Shown piece by piece: positions 31,468-38,737 of a DNA stretch of 64,000 nucleotides. This DNA is from a virus. The stretch is from positions 1 to 64,000 of the IMG/VR virus record IMGVR_UViG_3300032241_000811. The stretch is one strand, 5' to 3'. The notes beneath the pieces are model-generated. The model worked only from the letters and a program-made list of their open reading frames with translations, searched no databases and was not told the origin of the DNA. Each line of letters opens with the position of its first letter. Within the stretch, counting starts at the first letter, position 1. Made by a program: the position numbers and the translations under genes.

Positions 31468-32190
31468 TTAGACCTCTACGACTACAGCGTTTGAAGGAAC
31501 ACTATCGGTAATAACAATGCGCCCGGCGCTGTCTCCTCTTGACGGTGATTTGCCATAAATCTTTGGAACACCGCCGGATTGTGCGTCAGGATCAAATCTT
31601 TGATCTTCTCTTCTGGCTCTGAGACGAAAATATAGATCGTGCGTCTTTGCAAACATCTTTGATTCAGTCAGTTCACCATTTAGGACCAATAGATTTTTAT
31701 TCGCATCATACTGCGAACGAACATCCATGGGTCCGATATACATATAATCAATAGGGCCGCCCATGGCTGCATTACCAACAATAATCTTTTCCTTGTTGTA
31801 ACGAGAAATCTTGCCGAAAACATCTGGAACTTTATCACCGGCTTTTAACCCCATGGCTATAAGTTCATCATGCGCCTTCTTCATAAACTTGCTGGCCAAC
31901 CCTGGCACAATAGCATTTAGACCTTGTAATCCGCCTCCGGCTAAAGAAGGAGTTGACTCACCTTTTAATGATAGGTTTATTGGTTTTTTGTTTTTAGAAA
32001 GCAGCATCACATCAGTATATGGTTCTGATCCGCTTGATTGTCTTCCGGTATATTTTCTAGCCCCGGAGACACCAGATAAGCGAACATCTCCAGCCATAAT
32101 AGTTATAGGTTGATTCTTGTTTTTACGGACTGCCGAGTTTATGGCGTTTATAACACCAGTTTCTTGTCTTTCGGCTGTTACACCTGCCAT
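31468..32190 (-). CDS. PD-(D/E)xK nuclease-like protein
   Basis: ERQE...EPYTDV...NLSLKG arrangement. Confidence 0.55.
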   Translation of the reverse strand: MAGVTAERQETGVINAINSAVRKNKNQPITIMAGDVRLSGVSGARKYTGRQSSGSEPYTDVMLLSKNKKPINLSLKGESTPSLAGGGLQGLNAIVPGLASKFMKKAHDELIAMGLKAGDKVPDVFGKISRYNKEKIIVGNAAMGGPIDYMYIGPMDVRSQYDANKNLLVLNGELTESKMFAKTHDLYFRLRARREDQRFDPDAQSGGVPKIYGKSPSRGDSAGRIVITDSVPSNAVVVEV

Positions 32191-32212
32191 TTTTCAATAT
32201 ACCCTTTATTAT

Positions 32213-32419
32213 CTATTTATCTGTCTTTTGATTTGGCTTCTGCTCTGCTTTCCATTTGCCTAGGGGGCATTCAGCATAGTATAGCTTTGTTTTCATCTCC
32301 ATCATACAGCCACATTGTCTGCATAGTTTGAATGTCTTGTCCAGCTTATCGCATTCCATACAGATAGACATGCGGCGATCAGACATTCCATAGCGTTCTT
32401 TGAAGTAGTTGTCAAGCAT
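32213..32419 (-). CDS. small Cys-rich protein
   Basis: CMEC..C.QCGC.M..K....AECP.GKW. Confidence 0.6.
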   Translation of the reverse strand: MLDNYFKERYGMSDRRMSICMECDKLDKTFKLCRQCGCMMEMKTKLYYAECPLGKWKAEQKPNQKTDK

Positions 32420-32436
32420 GTTAGTATATAGACAAA

Positions 32437-32468
32437 TAAAAAAAGCGCCCTTTTGAGGGGGCGCTTTG
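32437..32468 (-). terminator. Rho-independent terminator
   Basis: aaagcgccc/gggcgcttt stem followed by a T-run on the minus strand. Confidence 0.75.
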
Positions 32469-32495
32469 AGTTTGAAAGGTAACAACTATGATATA

Positions 32496-32783
32496 TTAGT
32501 TTTGCTGAACAAGCCAGCATTCACGGTGAGGCTGTGAAACCCAAACACCCTGTCTATAATCATAATAGTCTGACCAGCGTGTTTCACACTGTCTGACAAG
32601 GGTATGATTATATCGTTCGTGATGATCTTGATGGATAGCTTCACCCAAAACAAGACCACCGAAAAGCCCACCCAGGAAGATGCCAATACCTGCTGCATTA
32701 TCAGCCTTTGCTGGTGCTGATGCTGCTACAAGCCCAAGGCTCAATACTGCTGCTAAGGCCACGTTATTCATATTCTTTACCAT
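32496..32783 (-). CDS. secreted/membrane protein resembling small Rhizobiales proteins
   Basis: signal peptide (APAKA), Gly-rich TM segment, C..R...Y...W....C tail. Confidence 0.5.
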   Translation of the reverse strand: MVKNMNNVALAAVLSLGLVAASAPAKADNAAGIGIFLGGLFGGLVLGEAIHQDHHERYNHTLVRQCETRWSDYYDYRQGVWVSQPHRECWLVQQN

Positions 32784-33233
32784 TTACTTATCTTCTCCTA
32801 ATGTTGCTTTAAGCATCCAGCCGTGCTTGGCATGAATGTCCATTCTATCCTGCAAAAAGTTTGCTAGTCCATCTTCTTTTGCTTCGTTTGCTAGTATATA
32901 GGCTTCTTTGAGACTTGTCAAGACAATTTTGTTTGCATCCAATATATTTCTGACCATATCATCTGATACTGGAATGAGTTCATCTTCATCCACATCTGAC
33001 AACTCAATCATTCGTGCTATTGTTCCAGGTGCAAAGCCATCTATTGCTCTGATATGTTCTGCGATTGGGTCTACTGCGCCCCATAGTTCCTCATAGAACT
33101 TTTCAAAGAAACTGTGGAGTTGTGGAAAGTCTGAACCAATAACATTCCAGTGATAGCCATGTGTTTTCATATACATCACGAAAGTATTGGCTAGAACCTT
33201 CTTCATCGCATCTTGTAGTTTTTCGTTATCCAT
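32784..33233 (-). CDS. dps: Dps ferritin-like protein
   Basis: KTHGYHWNV.G.DF.QLH.FFE..YEE, D.IAE.IR, H.K..WML. Confidence 0.9.
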   Translation of the reverse strand: MDNEKLQDAMKKVLANTFVMYMKTHGYHWNVIGSDFPQLHSFFEKFYEELWGAVDPIAEHIRAIDGFAPGTIARMIELSDVDEDELIPVSDDMVRNILDANKIVLTSLKEAYILANEAKEDGLANFLQDRMDIHAKHGWMLKATLGEDK

Positions 33234-33274
33234 GTATGATATAAGCCTCCGTTGCAAGAGTATTTATAACACGA

Positions 33275-33496
33275 CTAACAAGATATGTTTAGAAATGTCG
33301 GGCAGTCTGGAGATGCACAAACAAATCCCATTACACCTTCCAATCTCATACCACATTTTGGGCAATGACTTATCTTATTTAATTGCGGCTTCTGTGGTAC
33401 ATAAGGTACATAAGGTGCCTCTTGTTTCTTGCCTTCATTGAATCCATCTCGCCATCCATCCCGATAGCCATTTGTATAGTCATTGTTGTCTGTCAT
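33275..33496 (-). CDS. hypothetical Zn-finger protein
   Basis: CPKCG...C...CP. Confidence 0.5.
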   Translation of the reverse strand: MTDNNDYTNGYRDGWRDGFNEGKKQEAPYVPYVPQKPQLNKISHCPKCGMRLEGVMGFVCASPDCPTFLNISC

Positions 33497-33512
33497 GTTA
33501 TCTCCAATAAAG

Positions 33513-33604
33513 TGGCGGAATGTACTGGATTTGAACCAGTGGTACCTTTTTAGGGGTACGGCGGTTTAGCAAACCGCTGGAATAAGCCTCTCTCCCAACA
33601 TTCC
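33513..33604 (-). tRNA. tRNA-Ser(GCT)
   Basis: cloverleaf with long V arm and CCA. Confidence 0.9.
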
Positions 33605-33608
33605 ATTA

Positions 33609-34010
33609 TTATTCAAGATAAGGTATTCATTCTTCGGCGAAAGAGCAGTTCTTAGCCCCCTTGAATAGGGGTGCAATCTGTTCGTCTTTATATCCAGCCA
33701 ATCCACAACCGACACGTGTCACAAACCATTGTGTGTTTTGGTGTGATGTGATTTGGGTATACAGACAAAAGATTTCAATTGATCTAGCTATCGTTTGTAA
33801 ATCAAGTGTTTCTATACTTTGGTTTTTGGTAGCTATAGCATAACTATTTCCACAAAGACCTTGACCAGTTCCTCATACTGCACCAAACTTTTGGAGTGCC
33901 ACTTTAGCAGCGCCAGCACCATGAATGCCAGCTAGATTGCTTCCGAATACAAACACCTCCCCGTTTTGGGGAAGTGTTCCATCTCTATGGAATGTATATA
34001 GGTATGTCAT
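33609..34010 (-). pseudogene. macrodomain-like phage protein (FVFGSN..G.HG.GAA family) with two in-frame TGA
   Basis: 134-codon frame read manually; TGA at 33873-33875 and 33627-33629. Confidence 0.75.
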
Positions 34011-34012
34011 AT

Positions 34013-34525
34013 CTAAGCTACCTTCAGCTTACGATCTTTCTTTTGTGTCATTTGCATGATAGCATCCTTGTAGCGGTCTGCACAATAACTTGCACACCAT
34101 GCGTCTGGCTTGACCATAGGAATAACATTGCACATACCGCGAATGTATCCAACAGCTTCATTGATAACACATGAAGAACCTTCCTTGAGGTCTGGGTTGA
34201 TGTCAAGATGAATCTCAACCTCGCGCTCACCGATGATGTCAACAAGCTTCAAGTATAGTTCTGCTGTCTTCATCACCTCAGTCATCAGGCGCAAACGCGG
34301 GCGATCCTTCTGCTGGTCATAGTCACGCTCACGAGTGATTTCACCAAACACACGGCAGCCGTTCTTGCCATTTATATGGACAACAACGACATTGATGTAG
34401 TCAGCATACCAAACACCATCCATCTGGAAACGCTCGGAGTCGCCACCGATGTATACCTTTGTGTCCAGCGATTGGGTGTTTAGAAATGCTGTGAGTTCGT
34501 CTAAATCTAACTTTTTGCGTAACAT
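34013..34525 (-). CDS. RNase H-like YkuK (DUF458) family protein
   Basis: VYIG.DS, RLM.EV, EIHLDIN, KP.AW.AS..AD. Confidence 0.8.
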   Translation of the reverse strand: MLRKKLDLDELTAFLNTQSLDTKVYIGGDSERFQMDGVWYADYINVVVVHINGKNGCRVFGEITRERDYDQQKDRPRLRLMTEVMKTAELYLKLVDIIGEREVEIHLDINPDLKEGSSCVINEAVGYIRGMCNVIPMVKPDAWCASYCADRYKDAIMQMTQKKDRKLKVA

Positions 34526-34535
34526 GATTTTATCC

Positions 34536-34958
34536 TTAGTTTAGTTTCAGTTCTATCCTCTGTCTGAGTTCTGTGGAACTGAAACCATGGCGGCGTTTAT
34601 TGAAATAGTAATCCATATTCAGATCACTACCGGTGAAATCTTTTCCTTTGTATTCTTCACCTAGTATTCTAACATCTATTGGTAGGGTTGTCAACAGATC
34701 ATAGAGTTCCTTTTCCGTGTTATAGACAACAATCTCATCCATAAATTTGCAAGCACGGACCTGCAAAACCCTTTCTACGATTGATTGAATGGGTTTGTTC
34801 TTTTGTGGGCGATCAATGGTTGGATCAATCTGAATACCGACTATGAGCCAATCACATTGTCTTTTTGCTTCTTCAAGCATAGTCACATGACCTGTATGAA
34901 ATAAATCAAAAGCACTGCAAGTAAATCCGATTCGTTTATGTTCCATATTATACTCCAA
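34536..34958 (-). CDS. TagD-like glycerol-3-phosphate cytidylyltransferase
   Basis: AFDLFHTGH, ER, R.HGFSSTELR. Confidence 0.85.
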   Translation of the reverse strand: MEYNMEHKRIGFTCSAFDLFHTGHVTMLEEAKRQCDWLIVGIQIDPTIDRPQKNKPIQSIVERVLQVRACKFMDEIVVYNTEKELYDLLTTLPIDVRILGEEYKGKDFTGSDLNMDYYFNKRRHGFSSTELRQRIELKLN

Positions 34959-34961
34959 AAG

Positions 34962-35035
34962 TGGTGCACAGAAGTAGAATCAAACTACTGTCTCCGCGTT
35001 ACGAGGGCGGCGTTATATTACTTAACTATTCGGGC
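34962..35035 (-). tRNA. tRNA-Thr(CGT), imperfect acceptor stem
   Basis: anticodon loop CTCGTAA; CCA; two acceptor-stem mismatches. Confidence 0.65.
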
Positions 35036-35715
35036 ATTCTTTTATGTGTTCCAAATCTTTTTCTATCTGGAAAATGGCTGGTCAAAAACATTATTAAGGG
35101 TTTAGGGTTATTCCAACCATATTCTTTAGAAAGTAATTTTGCGTTTTCACCTGATTCATATCTCTCTAAAATTGAAGATTTGTAATTTATGCGCCTTTTA
35201 CGTAGCAGTTCTTTTTCAGTTTCAATTTTTATTTTTTGAGGGTATTTCATCGACAAAGTTTTAGATATTTTCAGTTTTGTCTCGGTTGATCTAGGAATTA
35301 CTTTATTCCATGCTAATCTTGGCTTTTTTATCTTGACTTTTTGACTCTTGAGTAAACCTTTTTCTCTTAGATTTTCTCTAAGTTTTGTTCCTCCCAGTTT
35401 ACCTCTACGCTGTCTTTCTTCTTTTGTTATCGACTGATTGATGAAACCGAATCCACCGGGCCCTCCTGGACATATATTGTAGTTTGTTTCTTTATCAGGT
35501 ACAACTAAAATCTTCTCCAAAAGATTCATGTGTTTCTCATCTTTACAGTGATGAAGAATCTCTCTATGAAAGTTCTCTATTCCATGTTTCTTTATGGAAT
35601 GATTTAGTCTCTTACCTGAGCCAAAATAACCATCGTTTAGATCATTGGTTTTATGTTTGCCGATGTAATATTTTACATTCAGTAGATTGGACGTTTTATA
35701 GATGATATAGTGCAT
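35026..35715 (-). CDS. Seg-like GIY-YIG homing endonuclease
   Basis: YIIYKT.N..N.KYYIGKH, DGYFGSG, YNI..GG; stop overlaps tRNA-Thr(CGT). Confidence 0.88.
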   Translation of the reverse strand: MHYIIYKTSNLLNVKYYIGKHKTNDLNDGYFGSGKRLNHSIKKHGIENFHREILHHCKDEKHMNLLEKILVVPDKETNYNICPGGPGGFGFINQSITKEERQRRGKLGGTKLRENLREKGLLKSQKVKIKKPRLAWNKVIPRSTETKLKISKTLSMKYPQKIKIETEKELLRKRRINYKSSILERYESGENAKLLSKEYGWNNPKPLIMFLTSHFPDRKRFGTHKRMPE

Positions 35716-35775
35716 TTTGGAAGGCTCCAGAAAATAAACCCATATAGGTTATTTATACTTCTGGAGCCTTCGATG
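35716..35775 (-). mobile_element. tRNA 3'-end cassette leader, copy A (late promoter in hairpin)
   Basis: CATC-gaaggctccagaa-gTATAAATAACCTATATGGG-ttctggagccttc. Confidence 0.75.
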
Positions 35776-35846
35776 TGCTCCCAACAGGTACCGACCCTGT
35801 GTCTCAGCTTTACCAAAGCTGTGTACTACCTTTGTACTATGGGAGC
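35776..35846 (-). tRNA. tRNA-Thr(GGT), no encoded CCA
   Basis: GCTCCCA/TGGGAGC stem; loop TTGGTAA. Confidence 0.8.
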
Positions 35847-35985
35847 GGGCTGATTAAATCTTTCCTTGAAACCATGTTTATTTTTTCTTCCGTTAAGAGA
35901 CGCTGATATTTTTTATTGATTTCTTCTTGATTTCTCATTTGAACCTCCACACACATTTTATACTATTTATATGTGTGTGGAGGTT
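35837..35985 (-). pseudogene. late-promoter hairpin with a short endonuclease-like remnant
   Basis: aacctccacacacat..TATAAATA..atgtgtgtggaggtt, then MRNQEEINKK(ISASLNGRK in a shifted frame). Confidence 0.45.
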
Positions 35986-35990
35986 TATAG

Positions 35991-36068
35991 TGGTGCGTTT
36001 GGAGGGATTCGAACCCATCACTGTACAGCTTCTAAGACTGTTGACTCCTACCGTTGGTCTACAAACGC
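35991..36068 (-). tRNA. tRNA-Leu(TAG), short variable loop
   Basis: loop CTTAGAA; CCA. Confidence 0.8.
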
Positions 36069-36097
36069 ATGTGTCTCTACCGTTGGACTACGGGCCC
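36069..36097 (-). pseudogene. 5' tRNA fragment (acceptor 5' strand and D arm)
   Basis: GGGCCCG TA GTCC AACGGTA GAGAC, then truncated. Confidence 0.6.
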
Positions 36098-36103
36098 ATA
36101 AAC

Positions 36104-36178
36104 TGGTTGTCGATGATGGAATCGAACCATCGGACTTCCCCATGTCAAGGGGACGTTGTACCATTCAACTAATCGACA
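36104..36178 (-). tRNA. tRNA-Val(GAC)
   Basis: loop TTGACAT; CCA. Confidence 0.85.
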
Positions 36179-36179
36179 A

Positions 36180-36255
36180 TGGTAGTCCGAGAGGGATTCG
36201 AACCCCCGACATTCTGCATGTAAAGCAGACGCAGCTACCACTGTGCTACCGGACT
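36180..36255 (-). tRNA. tRNA-Val(TAC)
   Basis: loop TTTACAT; CCA. Confidence 0.9.
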
Positions 36256-36261
36256 ATATTC

Positions 36262-36336
36262 TGGAGCGGGCAACGGGAATCGAACCCGTGACTCAACCTT
36301 GGCAAGGTCATATGTTACCTCTAGAACCATGCCCGC
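36262..36336 (-). tRNA. tRNA-Gly(GCC)
   Basis: GCG start; loop TTGCCAA; TCCA. Confidence 0.9.
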
Positions 36337-36343
36337 AATAATT

Positions 36344-36419
36344 TGGTACCTCCGCCAAGTTTCGAACTGGGTTATCGCCCTTATGAGGAGCGCACGATGT
36401 ACAACACCGTCCCGGAGGT
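36344..36419 (-). tRNA. tRNA(CAT) Met/Ile2, atypical D arm
   Basis: loop CTCATAA; CCA; lacks U8 and the D-loop GG. Confidence 0.65.
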
Positions 36420-36425
36420 ATATAG

Positions 36426-36500
36426 TGGTGCCTCAGAACGGAATTGAACCGCTGACACCATGCTCTTCAGGCAGACGCTCTACCACTGAACTACCGAGGC
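36426..36500 (-). tRNA. tRNA-Phe(GAA)
   Basis: loop CTGAAGA; CCA. Confidence 0.85.
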
Positions 36501-36507
36501 ATTATTT

Positions 36508-36582
36508 TGGAGCGAGTGGCCGGAATCGAACCGGTCCTCTACAGCTTGGAAGGCTGGGGCACCACCAATATACCACACTCGC
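36508..36582 (-). tRNA. tRNA-Gly(TCC)
   Basis: loop CTTCCAA; TCCA. Confidence 0.9.
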
Positions 36583-36590
36583 TTTATCTC

Positions 36591-36743
36591 TTATTCGTTT
36601 AGAAGCTGCTTTGTGCTTTCCTGTAGTTGCTGCTTGTTATGTTCGTCTAGTTTAGCAACATACTGTTCATTTGTCAAGCCATGCCAGCCAACGCAAAAAC
36701 CTGTTGGTGAACGACCGCAACCACATTTCTTTTTATCTGTCAT
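36591..36743 (-). CDS. CDGSH-type iron-sulfur mini-protein
   Basis: CGCGRS..GFC.GWH. Confidence 0.65.
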   Translation of the reverse strand: MTDKKKCGCGRSPTGFCVGWHGLTNEQYVAKLDEHNKQQLQESTKQLLNE

Positions 36744-36760
36744 TTTCTTTTCCTTATAGA

Positions 36761-36855
36761 TGGCGGAAGAGGTAGGATTTGAACCCACGGAACCCGATGT
36801 TAGCGGGTTCTCCGGTTTTCAAGACCGGTGCAATCAGCCACTCTGCCACTCTTCC
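36761..36855 (-). tRNA. tRNA-Ser(TGA)
   Basis: loop CTTGAAA; long V arm; GCCA. Confidence 0.9.
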
Positions 36856-36864
36856 TTATATATG

Positions 36865-37272
36865 TTAGTTTTTGATGATGGTTGCTTCAATCCGACAAAC
36901 GCCAGAACCAATGCAACCCAATAATACTGCGACATGTCTTGATAGGTCGATGTCTCTTCCCTTTACATAGGGGCCGCGATCATTTACGCGAACGATAACT
37001 GTCTTGCTGTTATGTTTCAATCTCAGTTTTGTTCCAAGTGGTAAAGTCTTGTGAGCAACCGTCAATGCGTTTGGGTTGAACTTTTCTCCGCTTGCGGTAA
37101 TCTTACTTCTGCTGCATTCACCTCTGTGTGCGCAGTCATACCATGATGCTCTCATATTGCTTGCTTGAGAGTCTTGTGTTGTTGTAAATATAATACTACA
37201 TATTACAAGAGTCTTTTGGATAATGCTTTTCGTTTTTATCAATATAGATACTCCTCTTTTTATGAGCATCAT
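36865..37272 (-). CDS. RlpA-like DPBB lytic transglycosylase
   Basis: ASWY, TASGE, AHKTLPLGT, VRVNDRGPY, IDLS. Confidence 0.88.
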   Translation of the reverse strand: MMLIKRGVSILIKTKSIIQKTLVICSIIFTTTQDSQASNMRASWYDCAHRGECSRSKITASGEKFNPNALTVAHKTLPLGTKLRLKHNSKTVIVRVNDRGPYVKGRDIDLSRHVAVLLGCIGSGVCRIEATIIKN

Positions 37273-37336
37273 TTTCTTCTTCCGAAAAAAACAATGTAGT
37301 TCTATTTATGGCATGACCAAACCCTTGATTTTTTAA

Positions 37337-37428
37337 TGGCGCGCCAGACAGGATTCGAACCTGCATCGGACATATAATCCACTCCAGTTACCTTTGTTCG
37401 CGTTCGTAGCGCGAGGGGATACTAACGC
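37337..37428 (-). tRNA. tRNA-like RNA, anticodon ACG, no D arm, expanded variable region
   Basis: acceptor GCGTTAG/CTGGCGC; T arm GCAGG TTCGAAT CCTGT; CCA. Confidence 0.65.
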
Positions 37429-37432
37429 ATAT

Positions 37433-37507
37433 TGGAGGAGCAAACAGGAATTGAACCTGTATTGAGGGATTTGCAGTCCCTTGCATCAGCCATTCTGCCA
37501 TTGCTCC
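37433..37507 (-). tRNA. tRNA-Cys(GCA), copy 1
   Basis: loop CTGCAAA; U73; CCA. Confidence 0.9.
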
Positions 37508-37512
37508 GTTAT

Positions 37513-37587
37513 TGGCGACCCAAGTAGGACTCAAACCCACATCTCTTCGCTTTAGAGGCGACTGCATAATCACTCTGCCATTGGGTC
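37513..37587 (-). tRNA. amber suppressor tRNA (CTA)
   Basis: GACCCAA/TTGGGTC stem; loop CTCTAAA; GCCA. Confidence 0.8.
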
Positions 37588-37908
37588 ATAATTCTATTTA
37601 TGGTTGTTAATGATTAACAATTCATTATTTCTATAGCAGATAATATAACGTGAATCTATCCAAGCCATATGTGGATTGTTTTTCACGTGCTCCATAATCT
37701 GATTATATGTTTCAAATTTTGGACCAGGAGCACTAAACTTAGTAAATGCCAGATATTCTTGTTTCATCATCATAACTTTAATAATGCTTTATAGAAAAAA
37801 TCATTATGATACTTGTTGAAATACAGCGTATAATAATATCCAGGTTTAATAGGTTTGTTTTCTGGATATGTAAGCCACACTTCTTCTTGATTCATATTCA
37901 TTACAAAT

Positions 37909-38139
37909 TTAATTCTTGTTATCAGTTACAGTAAAACCAAGTTCAATCAAAAAAACTCTTATCTTATCAGAAACTTCATATTCTTTATTTTGTCTATATA
38001 TATCACGAATAGCATTTAATGCCGACAATAACATTGTTATTTTATGCTTTTGATTTTCTGAATACTTAGACATTATCTGAAGTTCATTCTCTAAACGATA
38101 AATTTCATACTGTAATTCATCTTTTGTTTTGTCAGACAT
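37909..38139 (-). CDS. small protein resembling the CysRS C-terminal anticodon-binding domain
   Basis: IRDIYRQNKEYEVSDKIRVFLIELGFTVTD versus CysS pattern R..AR..KD...AD.IR..L...G..LED. Confidence 0.55.
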   Translation of the reverse strand: MSDKTKDELQYEIYRLENELQIMSKYSENQKHKITMLLSALNAIRDIYRQNKEYEVSDKIRVFLIELGFTVTDNKN

Positions 38140-38156
38140 AACAAATTCCTAAAAAA

Positions 38157-38231
38157 TGGAGGAGCAAACAGGAATTGAACCTGTATTGAGGGATTTGCAG
38201 TCCCTTGCATCAGCCATTCTGCCATTGCTCC
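38157..38231 (-). tRNA. tRNA-Cys(GCA), copy 2
   Basis: identical to 37433-37507. Confidence 0.9.
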
Positions 38232-38239
38232 GTAAACAC

Positions 38240-38313
38240 TGGTGCTCCCACAGGGAATTGAACCCCGAATTGATGATTACAAATCAACTGTTATACCTTT
38301 TAACTATAGGAGC
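38240..38313 (-). tRNA. tRNA-Thr(TGT)
   Basis: loop TTTGTAA; CCA. Confidence 0.88.
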
Positions 38314-38324
38314 ATTTATAAAAT

Positions 38325-38401
38325 TGGCTGCTCGGGTAGGGATCGAACCTACGACATCCTGATTAACAGTCAGGCGCAACTACCGGCTGTGCTACCGAGC
38401 A
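38325..38401 (-). tRNA. tRNA-Asn(GTT)
   Basis: loop CTGTTAA; GCCA. Confidence 0.9.
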
Positions 38402-38461
38402 ATGAATTTCGCTCCGATTTCTTATAGTGGTTACGGCCTCCACTTATTTGCCTATGTTGTT

Positions 38462-38490
38462 ATTCTAGACTATTACACAGGCTAAGTCAA
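38462..38490 (-). promoter_or_regulatory. sigma70 promoter within the tRNA array
   Basis: TTGACT-N17-TAGAAT. Confidence 0.7.
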
Positions 38491-38498
38491 GCCCTATT

Positions 38499-38572
38499 TG
38501 GCTGCCCGTCATGGAATCGAACCACTGTAACAGGTTCCACAAACCTGCGTTCTACCATTGAACTAAAACGGA
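38499..38572 (-). pseudogene. chimeric tRNA: His(GTG) 5' part, Gln-like 3' part
   Basis: loop TTGTGGA, but T stem and acceptor mismatch after GGTTCGATTCCA. Confidence 0.6.
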
Positions 38573-38573
38573 G

Positions 38574-38648
38574 TGGTAGTCCCAGAGGGAATCAAACCCT
38601 CATCTCCGCCTTGAAAGGGCAGCGATCTAATCACTAATCTATGGGACC
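38574..38648 (-). tRNA. tRNA-Glu(TTC)
   Basis: loop CTTTCAA; CCA. Confidence 0.85.
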
Positions 38649-38654
38649 GTTGTT

Positions 38655-38731
38655 TGGATGCGGGAGGAAGATTTGCACTTCCGATCTCCGACTTATGAGG
38701 CCGGTGAGATAGTCTGCTTCTCTATCCCGCA
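38655..38731 (-). tRNA. tRNA-Met(CAT), initiator-like
   Basis: TGCGGGA start; loop CTCATAA; CCA. Confidence 0.8.
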
Positions 38732-38737
38732 ATAATT

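Noticed and set aside
37433-38233. Integrase-driven prophage or satellite between the tRNA-Cys repeats
   Set aside because: Only ~650 bp and no integrase; treated as a recombination-acquired cassette instead.
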